NCBI GenBank assembly: GCA_973895155.1
Contig: OZ316896.1
Span: 5,756,166 to 5,820,165 of the forward strand
Direction of reading: 5' to 3'
Length of the DNA stretch: 64,000 bases
Source: Marsupella aquatica
Taxonomy: Eukaryota > Plantae > Marchantiophyta
The notes beneath the pieces are model-generated. The model did not search any database and was not told where the DNA came from. It saw only the letters and a program-made list of their open reading frames with translations. How positions within the stretch are numbered: position 1 is the first letter of the stretch; the number at the start of each line of letters is the position of its first letter. Positions 34,301 to 45,989 of this stretch are shown here, one piece after another. The translations under genes were made by a program, and so were the position numbers.

Positions 34301-36297
34301 GGTTCAGATGGTTGAAAGACATAGAGGCCCATCACACAAAGTTTTCCAACGGCCTTCAAGCTAGCACTATTCTTGACATCGGGTGCTCTACAGGCATCAG
34401 TACCCGGTACCTTAGTGACTACTTTCCCGTGGCTCGGATCACCGTAAGTACAACATTTATGACTCATGCTTCAGTTGTTACCGATCTTTGTAGTCGTTTT
34501 TGACATTCTTTGCCAAAGACGCATCAATCATCTACCATATGCTTCCTCGAGTCCAATATTTGATGTCTGATAATAATCACTCCAAAGGAAATAAATTGTG
34601 TAATCTTAGCTTTCTTCTTTCGAGGGCTATTTTTCAAGTCTATTGTACTCTAGCACTTATATTCAAAATCATGACCAGAGACAGATTTGTAGCCATTTTG
34701 TCTTCTTTGCATTCTAGTGCTTAAGTCTTAGAGTTTTGGAATTCGAGATAATGACCACAAAAATGTAATTGTCATGAAATCTTATTTGTATTCTCGTGAA
34801 GGCGTTTAGCTATAGAAGCTTTGGAAACCTTGACTTGAGAAGATCACAAAGACAAAGTCCATCCGGAGTCCATCAGTTGACGAGCTGGAATTAGAAACAT
34901 TTCAATAGATGCAAGGGGCAAAATCTGGATATATTGCAGAAAGAAATTTTGCCAGGTTAGTAGTACCTCTTCCATTTCAATTCTCGTGGGTGGCTGCTGA
35001 AACACGATAAAGGCCGTCATTTGTATGTGACATTTTTTACAGGGGTTAGATCTGTCGCCCTATCATCTGGCTGTAGCCCAATACATTCAGAAAAAAGAGG
35101 CCTCAGAGGGTTCACCAACAAAGCGAAATATCAAATACCTGCATGCAAATGGTGAAGAGACAGGATTATCGTCACAGTCTTTCGACATCGTATCTTATGC
35201 TTATATTGTGAGTGGACTGAGAATCTCTACTTTTCACAAAATTCGTTTGCCATTTGTGTGGAGCCTTTTGGAGCATAAGATTTTCATAAGAAAGCGTGTT
35301 TATGTAGCAGGAAGATTTCAGCTCATAGATATTGCAGTAAGTGATTAGAGAACAATCAATGAAGTGTGCTGGTTGGTTAACGCATTTCAATGGAGAGAAA
35401 GATTCGGAGCTACTGTAGCTGTTAAGAGAATCACATTTCTTCGTTTTGGAACGGTATTAACTAGTTATGTAAAGTGTCACGAGTTACCACAACATGCGAC
35501 TAGAAATATGCTGAGGGAGGCTCGCCGTCTCATAAAGCCCGGAGGCACAATCGCCTTAATCGACATTTCGGTATGTATCTCAAGTCTGTTAAGGCACGTT
35601 TGTTTCTCTCGTTAGTTAGTATTATCTGCCCCAAGATATTGCTGGGTTCTGTTCACATGATTTTTCAGCCTAAATTCAAGTTGAGTTTTGAGCTTGTGGA
35701 CTGTGGACTGTGGACTGTGGACTGCGGACTGTTGTATAGCCTGGCTCTGCACTTTTCACAACATTGGGCATGTAGATTTTGTTTAGTGCTGTCTAGTGGG
35801 CAGTTATGTCACCTCCTATGCATGTGGCTCTCCTTCGGAGCAATTGTGAAGCTCTTTCAAGAACCTTAACTTGAACTTGTATGTGTTGCTTCTTGCAGCC
35901 TGAAGCCAAGGCTATTCAGGTGAGCTTGAAGTTTTGTTCCCCAAACTTTTCTATCGTTGTCGTCTTACTGTGAACTTTGTCCTGTGCTTGTTAGACAAAG
36001 CTCGGCCTCAAATTTTACCAATTTGAAGCCCTTTCCCAGGTCATTATACGCTTTTCAAATATTTTGTTAGATTTAAGGACGTCTCAATTGCGAAGTCTAA
36101 GCCGCTTCAGTTGGATCTGGCTCGTTTGGCAGGATTTGGCACCAGCTCTTTTTGTGTTGTTGAAATCAACAGAGCCTTGGTTAGATGAGCACTTCAAATT
36201 GGATCTCAAAGCTGAGCTCGAAAGAAATGGTTTCACTAACATCAAATCAAGTCTAACAGCACCTCGCGATGCCACTATAACTGCTACTGCCATGTAG
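31348..36297 (+). CDS. Class I SAM-dependent methyltransferase (Methyltransf_11/UbiE-like fold, probably plastid-targeted), 8 exons
   Basis: Exons 31348-31619, 32546-32658, 32995-33044, 34210-34443, 35043-35207, 35475-35570, 35899-35919, 36133-36297 join in frame. Motifs: YPDYYMKAFHAFGDGNLCWE, ILDIGCSTG, GLDLSPYHL, HANGEETG, HELP...LIKPGG, KSTEPWLDEH. Confidence 0.88.
33130..33200 (+). tRNA. tRNA-like (pseudo-tRNA, nominal Thr-UGU) cassette in TRIM LTR1
   Basis: GGGCCTG-TA-GCTC-AGTGGTA-GAGC-A-[CTATGATGTACACTGG]-AGGTC-CTAGG-TTCAATT-CCTAG-CCGGTCC-A. Perfect D and T stems, A box and B box, 6/7 acceptor pairs. Anticodon arm is 16 nt and degenerate. Confidence 0.7.
33326..33396 (+). tRNA. tRNA-like cassette in TRIM LTR2 (identical to the LTR1 copy)
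   Basis: Same 71-nt sequence as 33130-33200. Confidence 0.7.
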
Positions 36298-37709
36298 ATC
36301 CGACACGTTATCCAGTTGATTCAACAATCACATCAGTGTACATCTCCCTTATCGTCCAGGTTTTCCTGCTTTGTATTTCCTTCTTCTGGTCCGATTCCGA
36401 CACCACGTATATTAAAGTGCATAATTTAATTCTCTATCGTTGATATGTTTTATGATCAAAATTAGATCCGTCTCCTCATTTCACCCCCCAATAAAATGAT
36501 GTCGAACTTTCTTAGATTTTCAGTGTTGATGACCTTTGGCCGTCCATATGTATACATCTGTTGTCTATTTATAGGATGTGCAAAAAATCAAGCTCCACGA
36601 AATCCCACCAATTGTTGGAAATCTATCGCATCAACTCACAGAAACGATTACCTTACAGGAACAAATTACGAGCGCAACTCTTTTTTTTCTCTAATTTTGG
36701 AACTAGGAGTCGTCCCTTACAAGACAAATCTATTACTCTACTTACTTCTAGTACTTCTGCAGGTGTTATGAGCTAAACCACAGCTGCCCCTTCAAGAGCT
36801 AGGGGTTACCCATAGGATCTAAATTTCAATAAAAACAACATTTTTTCCTGAAATGGTGGAGCAGACTGGAACCCTAGTGGAGGAGGGGAATATGGAAAAA
36901 ATGAGAAGTTGTGTACACTTCCCCTTATGGGTAGTTGTGGTGTAACTTAATGTGGGGGACTTGCTGCCTTACTAGTCTCCTGGATGTGTCCTCTAGGTGG
37001 TCCCACAATTTGTATCCTGTCGTCTTTTATTCTTACAAAAATAGATGGCAGAAAATACTTCCTTTATTGGCTTAAACGCGCTCCCACATTGTTGTTCTGG
37101 CATGTTCATAAGGTGCAAATGCTGTACTGCCCCCAATGGCCAACTCAGCTTATTTTCCACATGGGCTCAAATGCATTGAAAACTTGGCATATTTGCACTT
37201 GGGTGCAGCAGACAAGGCAGTGCAAAGAGCCCGTGTTGTTCAATGACGAACCAACACATTGCACCTACTGGTAACCACAAACAATGATGCAGATTTAACC
37301 AGGTGTCATGTGACCCTGACCACAAACAATGGACAAGGCTGGAGAAATCAAACTCTCAATAATAACTGGTTTCCTATATTATCTTAGGGGTCACAGTACA
37401 ATTATTACATTTCAGATTGCCCCTACTAGGCTCCTCATCTTGGAAGTTTTGTGTTTATGACAACCAAAATGTGATTCTCACTTATCTTGGAAATAAATTA
37501 TGTCTGTGACAACTGAATTGGTAAAACTCTTGGAGCCTACGGGACAATTCCCCTTTTCTTCTGAGTTTCAGGGCTTGTCCCCTCATGATCTCTTTTGTAT
37601 TATGTTTGGCCTATTTTAGTAAATTGGCATTTTCTGGTCTTTTTACAGCATATATCAAACTGTCAAAAAGCACAACGAGTCCAACTTGTCAAAAAGCACA
37701 AAGAGTACT

Positions 37710-37960
37710 GGGAGAGATGATCCCACAGGCAGAAATTCCAATCAAGGGAGAACAAGAAAAAGATGAAAAAGTCAAAAAGGGACATGATTCCACAGGCCAG
37801 AAACCCAATCAAGGTAGAACAAGAAAAAGGCTAGAAAACCAAAGGGACATGATTCCACTGGCCAAAACCTCAATCAAGGGCGAACAAAAATAAACTCAAA
37901 AAACTAAAAAAGCCAAAAACTCAATCAAGGGTCAACAAAAAAGGCTTAAAAACCTAAAAA
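37710..37960. repeat. Degenerate ~60-70-bp direct repeats (GATTCCACAGGCCAGAAACCCAATCAAGGG...AACAAGAAAA) x4
   Basis: CAATCAAGG core recurs at ~37739, 37806, 37871, 37922. Confidence 0.6.
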
Positions 37961-39060
37961 GACCAGGCAGGAAGCCTTTGAAACCCTAAACCCTTAACTC
38001 CTTCAGTTCTCCACATTTGGATGTTCTTGGCAACGTTGGGTCGAGTCGTCCACAGTATCGAGAGTAACTTGTCCTCCAATCAGGGGCGTCACATGACCAT
38101 TACTCTCTATGCTGAGACCCTGCATTTCTTATTGCTGACCCTAGGATTGGTCTACTTCAGCCGAAAAGGAGCTGAAATTGTCTCGAGAACTTTATAATGT
38201 CAGTCTTCAGAAATTCCGCAATTCTTGAAGGACCTTAGTGTCAAAAACGGGGTCACCGCCACTCCCTCTTATATCAGTTTCTAAATGCCCCCATTTTCAG
38301 AGTTACTGGGACATACTTCCCATCACAAAGATCCCACGTTTGGGACGGCAAAGTTCAAGCAAAACATAGGCACACATAAACTTGGAGAAACTCTTCCCAC
38401 CGGCAAGGCATCATAGCAAACACTTAGCCACAGTCCTTCCATAAGCAGACTTCAGCTTGGTCTCCTCTTTGCAACAGAGTCTTCTTTATTTGCAACTGGG
38501 GAAACCTATCCCTTCAGCTGAGCAAATATTCTCCTCGAGCAAAACGATATCACATCCATGACGTTGAGCACCTCTAAAAAATGCAGAATATATTGGACAC
38601 TGTTTTCCTCATTCCCAGCTTCGGGATTGCAAGAGCTATGGATATCACTCATGAGCTTCTTCTGAGGAAAAATTGGTCCAGCCTACTCTACAACTAACCC
38701 TAATGATGTACTGTCCTAGAGCGGCAACCTGGTGGCGCATAAGTAGCACGGCACTGCACTGCTTGATAACAATGCTCACAGGTTACTCTAGACCTTACTA
38801 GTAACCGACAAAGCTTTCGTGTGGGCATTCCCCAATTCTGCAACCTGTGGGATTAGCACGACAGTATCTGTATTGATCTCATGACTTGAGAGTCCTTCCT
38901 TAGCACAACCAAAGCTTTGGGGCTTTAGAGCACATAGATCATAGCACAGGTCTTCAAGAATTCAGTTTTGATCTTTGAATTTGATAAGCTAGTTTATGAG
39001 GTAGGGGTGCTGTAAAGTAACAAGCAATTCTATTTGTGCAACTTCGAGAGTTCTTTTTCT

Positions 39061-42000
39061 TTATCGCCGTCCTTTGGGACAGTCAGATGCTCGATGCCCT
39101 GGTTGACTGCAAATATAGCAAGTGCCAGAGAAAGGACCTCCCCTGCAGCACAAGTCAAGCCACTGGTGGTGAGTCTACTGTTACCAATTACACTCCATAC
39201 TGGCCAAACAAGTTCCCTATCCTCCTTCTCCTTCTAAGTGGAATCTTAGACTTTCCTTCAGATAGACGAGAGTTTACAGCTCGTCAAAGCCCAGGAGAAC
39301 CTTGGACTAGCTGTCATAAGTAGCCCTTATATATCCTTTCGGTTTATTTGGCAGTGCATCCAAATACCATTGACTGAACTTCTTACCTGCTACCTCTGTC
39401 ACTGCCTCTGCTGTCACGAAATGAAGACCCACCACCACGCCGATCATCATCGTACCCACCACCACGACTTCTATCCTCAAATCTTCCTCCAGATCTACCG
39501 CTGCTCCTCCTGTCGTCTCTGTCACCCCTTCCATATCCACCACCTCCACCACCTCGTCCACCTCGGCCACCTCCTCCAGGAAACCTTCCATAACTGTCAC
39601 TCCTGCCTCTGTACTCTTCCTCTTCAATCTTTGGCAGCTGCGCGAGGAAGAATGAAAATTAGAACGTAGAGATCAACCACAACAGGCCTTTAGCGTGACA
39701 TCACGAGGTCGGAGAGACACATGATAACTCTACAATGCTTTTTTTCAAAACATATGGTTGTAATGCAAACATACCGATTTAGGTACATCAATGATGTCAC
39801 CCTCATCTCGAGGCTTCAAAAGAAGGTCCTTGGCAACATCCTCTGGTAGATCAAACACGGCACCTTCAACCTAACCACCAAAACCACAGGGTATGTTCAG
39901 TAGGAAGACAGCCTAAAAGTACGTATCCAATCAAAATTGATGAAACCATGCATTCAAAGAGCCAAAGCCACTCCAGATACTCACATTTGGGTCATCCAAT
40001 ATCTTTATTTTACCGACTTGATCAGCTGCAGGTGGGTAAATGTCTGCCAGTGTTCCCATTACTACTCGGGCAGATGTCAGGCGGCCACCTCTAGATTTGT
40101 TTGTTCTAATTATTCTCAGAGTTGTGAGGCCCTACAAAATAAACTCTGACTGAATTAGTGGTTATCCGCGGAAAGCAATTTGCCAACTATCCCGATCAAC
40201 TCAACTACAAATATAGTACGGCGAAGAATGGGAATCGAAGCAACAAGATGCAAATAATCACCGAATCGAAATAGCAAGGGCAGGCATGACTGCATTCATG
40301 ACCTACTCAAATCAAACTCAAAACTCACCTGAGCCACTAACCCCTAACCACAAGAAAACCTCAGTTCCCCCACCAACACGGCACACAAATACACACAACC
40401 TTCAAGAACGAGGAAGGGGAAACAATGATAGGAAATACCTCCTCAAAAGTGATTAAAGAGCGAGAAGTCGGAGGTTGGCTGAAACCACTCATATACGCAA
40501 TAGCAGCTGCTAGAGCTCCAGGCCCACTCTCTTCCAGTAATTTCTCGGCGGTAGGCAGAAACGTTTCGACTAATTGCGGGTGAACCTTTTTGATAACCTC
40601 TTTGGCCTGGTCAGAGGATGCCACGAGGACTTCGTCTACACTGGGAGGTGGAACCCTCTCAAACCTACAACCTACATCCCTCTCGATCAGCTTCATTGTC
40701 CGTGTCTGATTCGAAGAGAACATAAGAATGGCTGTGCCGGCCTTTCCAGCTCGCCCTGTCCGCCCAGAACGATGCACAAACGTCTCTGGATCGTTTGGAA
40801 TTTCATAGTGTACCACCTGTAGACGGCCACACAGCATTGAGTACAAGTACCACCTCAAGTTGCCAGAGCGCTTAATGACATGCTTAGAAATACCGAACTC
40901 TAAAGCGTCCTAACAAACCAGGACAAAATTGATGTTTGAAAAGTTCAATATCCTTAACATACCAGATCGACATTGGGAATATCTAGGCCTCGCGAGGCCA
41001 CATCCGTTGCAACCAAGACTGAGAATCTTCCTTCCCGGAAAGCAGCCAAGGTCTTTTCCCTTTGTGACTGGGTAATATCACCATGCAATGCCTCACAACC
41101 TATGGTCCGGCTCATGGAAAGTGAGACCTCGTCAGCATCACGCTTTGTTTGCGTGAAGATTATGGATTTTTCCCCCTTGGCATATACCTGCAATATCAGA
41201 ACCTAAATTGTTAGTCAAAGACCCAGTTTCTCACAACCATTGCGACCAAACTAGCCGAATTTCTTCAGAATCCTCTTTGCAGTGTTTGAAGTTCCTTGCC
41301 AAATGTTCTTCAAACTTGCCCAGGAAACAAATTCAAAAGCAGAAGATGAAGATGAACGCACTTAGAAATGCTGCTTCTGCACCTTGTACAGAGATCCTAC
41401 AAATCAGGCCAGGAGTGGTCTTTCCAGCTGCTACAAAGACTGCAAGTCGAGTAAACTCGATTCAAAGAAGTCTCCAATACTTACAGCAATCAAATCGTTC
41501 AATATAGAACGCTTGGCAGACGGCGGAGTTTGGACAGCCAGCAGCTTTATTTTCTCAGCCAGTTTCTCATCTGATTCCCCAACCTGAAGGTAAGGGAGAG
41601 GTGGGACAGATAGCAGGGGTCAGTCACTTGCCCAGTAGTACACATCGTCTTGCAACTTTGACATACACTTTCGTACAGAGCCTATGCAGAAACACTTCGT
41701 TATGGGACGTAGAAATGATTCCCATTTTAGGTGTACTCACCAGGTCAACAGTTAGTGGATTGTTCAAGTACTTCTTAGACAACTTCTTCACCCATGCAGG
41801 CATCGTAGCTGAGAAGAGCAAACTCTGTCGTTCGTCAGGAACTGTCTCTAGAATTTGTTCGACATCCTCCTCGAATCCAACAGCAAGCATCTGGTCAGCT
41901 TCATCCAATACCAAGAACTGAATTTCGTCCAAATTCAATGATCCCCTATCGATGAGATCAATGACTCTTCCTGGTGTTCCAACCGCAATATCCACTCCTT

Positions 42001-43878
42001 TGACAAGTTGCCTCTGTTGTCCTGTGATAGAAACTCCGCCATACACACATATGGTTGACAAACTTGGTGCAGACTCCATAAATTCTCTTTCAACTTGCTT
42101 GGCAAGTTCACGGGTAGGTGCCAGAACGAGCGCTCGGGGACTCCTGCCTGATCGCCTGCAAATACGGAAAGAGCACCGATCAAAGATAGGTCGAGAAGAA
42201 TATCATCAGATCAAGAACCACCCTGACATACCCACCACCAGGAATCCAATGCGATGGCAACTCATGAGACCCTCCAGGAGAAATCTAACATAGGAGTCCG
42301 GATGATTAAAAAGTCCAAGGTAAGGGGGACATTGTCCTTTAAAACGACCATCTAGACATTCCATTGAGAATGCACAAGACGCTGAATTTGCAGAATCAAC
42401 TGCAACGAACGGCTTTACGAGCAATCCTGCCAATTTCAGCTCTAATATACCTTGCAAACCGATTTTCTTGGTTCTCCCTGATAATTCGATCAATAATGGG
42501 GATACCAAACGCCAGAGTTTTTCCTGTCCCTGTCTTAGCTCGTCCAATGAGATCTCTTCCTTCCATGGCAGGAGTCAGTACGGCCCTCTGTGACAAACGA
42601 AATGAACATCAAAGAAGTCCTCTTAAGACTAAATAAAGGTCTCAAGTACATATAGGCCAAGTGAACAGGTGACTGCCTTCTAACGTGATTGTCCTACATC
42701 TGCGTGAATTCACTTTTTTAAAAATAGGTGAAATCTCGGACGGAGTTTAGCTATTATCACGGTTTCTAACTAAAATATCAAACACACCAAAGGCTTCCAA
42801 ACAAAGAAAAAATCAAGAAAAAAAGTAAGAAGTCTACCTTAATTCCCATTCATTGCTATGACGCACTTCACTTAGATTCTAACAGCAACACCTGCTAATA
42901 TGGGAACTCGGTACTGAATGACTCCCTCAATGATCAACAAACAAAATCTAAAATTCCTTCTATTGTCAGCGCTGCTTCATACCACACTTCACCTAAATCT
43001 AACCAAGGCAGCTGAAGAAAGAACCCCACCAAGGCCGCTGACCGGCGACATTAAACGCTGCGAAGCAGAATACCTCGAAAGATAATCTCCAATGTCAAAA
43101 GGTACAGCTCTAGACCAGAACTGTACAACGAACTACGAGCTCAGACTTGCTGCGACACAGCAGGAGCACTCTCGGACCATTTCCAGGGAAATCTTGCAAT
43201 ATCTACAAGTAAGGCTTACCGTCTTAACTCACACGCGAGTGGAGAGCGACAGCAGCGAGAGATGGCAAGTACCTGAATGGGAAAGAGGTGAGTGATTCCT
43301 CGCTTGACGAGAGCGTCCACAATCTCCGGCGCAATACCCAACCTGGCGATGGCGAGCTCGTCAGCGCCTTCGGAGGACTCACCGGCGTCTCGCACAAGCA
43401 CCCCTTCTTCGTCGTCACTATAGTACTCATCGCCCTCGTCTGGAAACGGAAACAAGCTCTTCGTCTTTCCAGTCACTGACTCGGTAGACACAGCAAAGTC
43501 CGCCTGCGCAACCGCAGTCCTCTCAGCAGTTCTCTCCACTGACAAGGAATCCCTTTTCGAGCTCAAGTGAAATTTCCTGCGAGACAATCTCGAGACATCG
43601 TTGCTACCCACTGCAGCACCGTCGACGAACCTGGCATCCTCTCGTCTCTGGGCTACTCCCAGCAGCCTGATTCCTTTGGCTCCTCCTCCTCCGCATCCTC
43701 CATTTCCAGCAGCAGAAGAAGAGACTCCGGCATTTGAAATGTTCCTCACTCTCTCTTCCCCCAAAAACCTTGAGAGCAGTACAGTCCGTCCTCCGAGCCT
43801 TCTCGCAGTGGATTTTGGCAGCAACCAACGGCAAGAGCTGGTAACTCTGGCCCCACCGAGCAGAGACCGGGAAGCCAT
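39061..43878 (-). CDS. RH3: Organellar DEAD-box RNA helicase, RH3/PMH (RH9/RH53) family, with GUCT-like region, RGG tail and CCHC zinc knuckle, 10 exons
   Basis: Exons 43878-43273, 42587-42451, 42155-41741, 41583-41485, 41187-40963, 40816-40439, 40131-39985, 39870-39775, 39637-39387, 39142-39061. Motifs: [54 protein letters not shown], terminal [14 protein letters not shown]. Confidence 0.9.
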
Positions 43879-44671
43879 CGAGAACACAGCTCTCCCACCC
43901 CAACCCACCCGAGAGAGTCACCCTGCACGCCAATTTTTCAAGTCAAACAAGAAAAAAGTAGTATTGTAGAGAAGCAGTCCCCCCAACTGAGTCATACCTC
44001 TGCCCCGGGGGATTGCAACAAATTCAACAAATTCCTAAAGAAATGTGGTAATCATCAGCTAAAACCCTCCACATATACGGCAGGAAAGTCACACATTCGT
44101 CTAGCACAACTGGAGTTCTACTTCAGAATATAGAGTTCAGGCAACTAGTAAAACAACTTCAGAGAAGCAAGCAATCCAGAATGTCTGGCTTCTGGCTCTA
44201 CCACCGGCCATGGCTCCAGAATTGGAACAAATACGCTGACACAGCACCCAAGCTCAGTCGACAGAACCATAAGTCCCACCCCATCCCACAACCAGCTCGA
44301 GACCACGATGGACAGGTAAAGAGAGAGCGCACGATTTGCAGAGAACATTTCTATCTCAGAAACAGACCACCTCATGGGCCAGAACACAGCTCACTCACAA
44401 CTTCAGCAAGAAAATTTATGTTTACAGAATGCACCATCACCCACCTCGCTTCGACACGAAACTTTTCGAAATTTGAGCAGGCTGTCGAGAGATTCAGAGG
44501 AATTGGACTCGACCGAGCTGGGGTGCAGTGGAATTGCGCCTCCGAGGTCGAGAGGCAGAGCAAAGGAGGCGCACACCGCTGCAAAAGAGTTCCGGAGATG
44601 AAGGAGAGTCGATTATGAAACTCCACGAAGGAAGAGATCACCCGCAAAAATCTTATCGAAGATCTTCTTGG

Positions 44672-45425
44672 CCTCACATATGACACCCACAAACCTTGGA
44701 GGAGCTCCCATGACACACTGCACTGCACCTGGTTCCTGAAAATGCCACGGAGGCCCACTGGGAAGGGCCTTTGCTTTATTTCCCCTCGTCACGTGTGGAA
44801 CTCCAATTAAGGATTTTTTTAACTTGTATCAAGCTATGAAACTTGAGTATAAGTGAAGTCCTGTTTCAAAGGGCACTATGGGATATAATGCCCCCAAAAA
44901 ACGAGAACTTCAGCCAACGATAACTTAATTCCTCACATATGAGACCCACAAACCTGGGAGGACCATGACACATTGCACCTGGTTCCTAAAAATGCCACGG
45001 AGGCCCACTTGGAAGGGCCTTTGCTTTATTTCACCTCGTCACGTTTGGAACTCCAATTAAGGCTTTTTTTAACTTGTATCAATCTATGAAACTTGAGTAT
45101 AAGTGAAGTCCTGTTTAAAAGGGCACTATGGGATATAATGCCCCCAAAAAACGAGAACTTCAGCCAACGATAACTTGATTCCTCACATATGAGACCCACA
45201 AACCTGGGAGGACCATGACACATTGCACCTGGTTCCTAAAAATGCCAGGGGGGCCCACTTGGAAGGACCTTTGCTTAATTTCACCTCGTCACGTTTGGAA
45301 CTCCAATTAAGGCTTTTTTTAACTTGTATCAATCTATGAAACTTGAGTATAAGTGAAGTCCTGTTTAAAAGGGCACTATGGGATATAATGCCCCCAGAAA
45401 ATGAGAACTTCAGCCAACCAGAACT
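44672..45425. repeat. Tandem triplication of a ~250-bp unit
   Basis: CCTCACATATGA(G/C)ACCCACAAACC starts at 44672, 44931, 45181. Copies 2 and 3 are nearly identical. Confidence 0.9.
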
Positions 45426-45532
45426 TCATCAGGAGGTTTGTGGGGCTATTATTGCCTATAATGCTCCGGAAATAGGACCTTACTACACTTCAAGGCCTGA
45501 GAGAAAAAAAATCTAACTTTAAACCACCACTA

Positions 45533-45989
45533 CCATCTTCCCCCGAACATGTTCGAATTTGGCATTGTGTTTGGGGATGACATTGTGTTCGAACTTGGGC
45601 ACTATGTTTGAGTGAGGGGTTTACTGTAGTGTCTTCCATTGCAATGAAGTGTTCGAAGTTGACATTATGTTGGAGTGAGGACATTGTGAAAGCAAACAAA
45701 AAGCTATCGACAATGAGCGCACCCATGAGCGCACTGAAAGCAAATATGTTTCACATTATAATTATATGCTGACCATTATAATTATATGCCACTATTCCAG
45801 GCACTATTCAAACACAACGTTAATTTTCAAACACAACGCCAATATTCGAACACAACGCCACATGTTACAAAAATCCAAAACAAAGTGTCAAAACTCAAAC
45901 ACAACGCCCAGGGCTCACTAATCGAATATAATGCCCCTTGACTCACTATTCGAATATAGCGCCCAGGCGCTGTGTTCGGGGGAAGACGG
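45533..45989. mobile_element. Tc1/mariner (pogo/Tc2-like) MITE
   Basis: TIRs CCATCTTCCCCCGAACA / TGTTCGGGGGAAGACGG with TA on both sides (45531-45532, 45990-45991). Internal inverted TGTGTTCGAA / TTCGAACACA subrepeats. Confidence 0.65.

Noticed and set aside
39370-39669. His-rich 99-aa ORF on the + strand
   Set aside because: It is the antisense shadow of the Gly/Arg-rich helicase exon.
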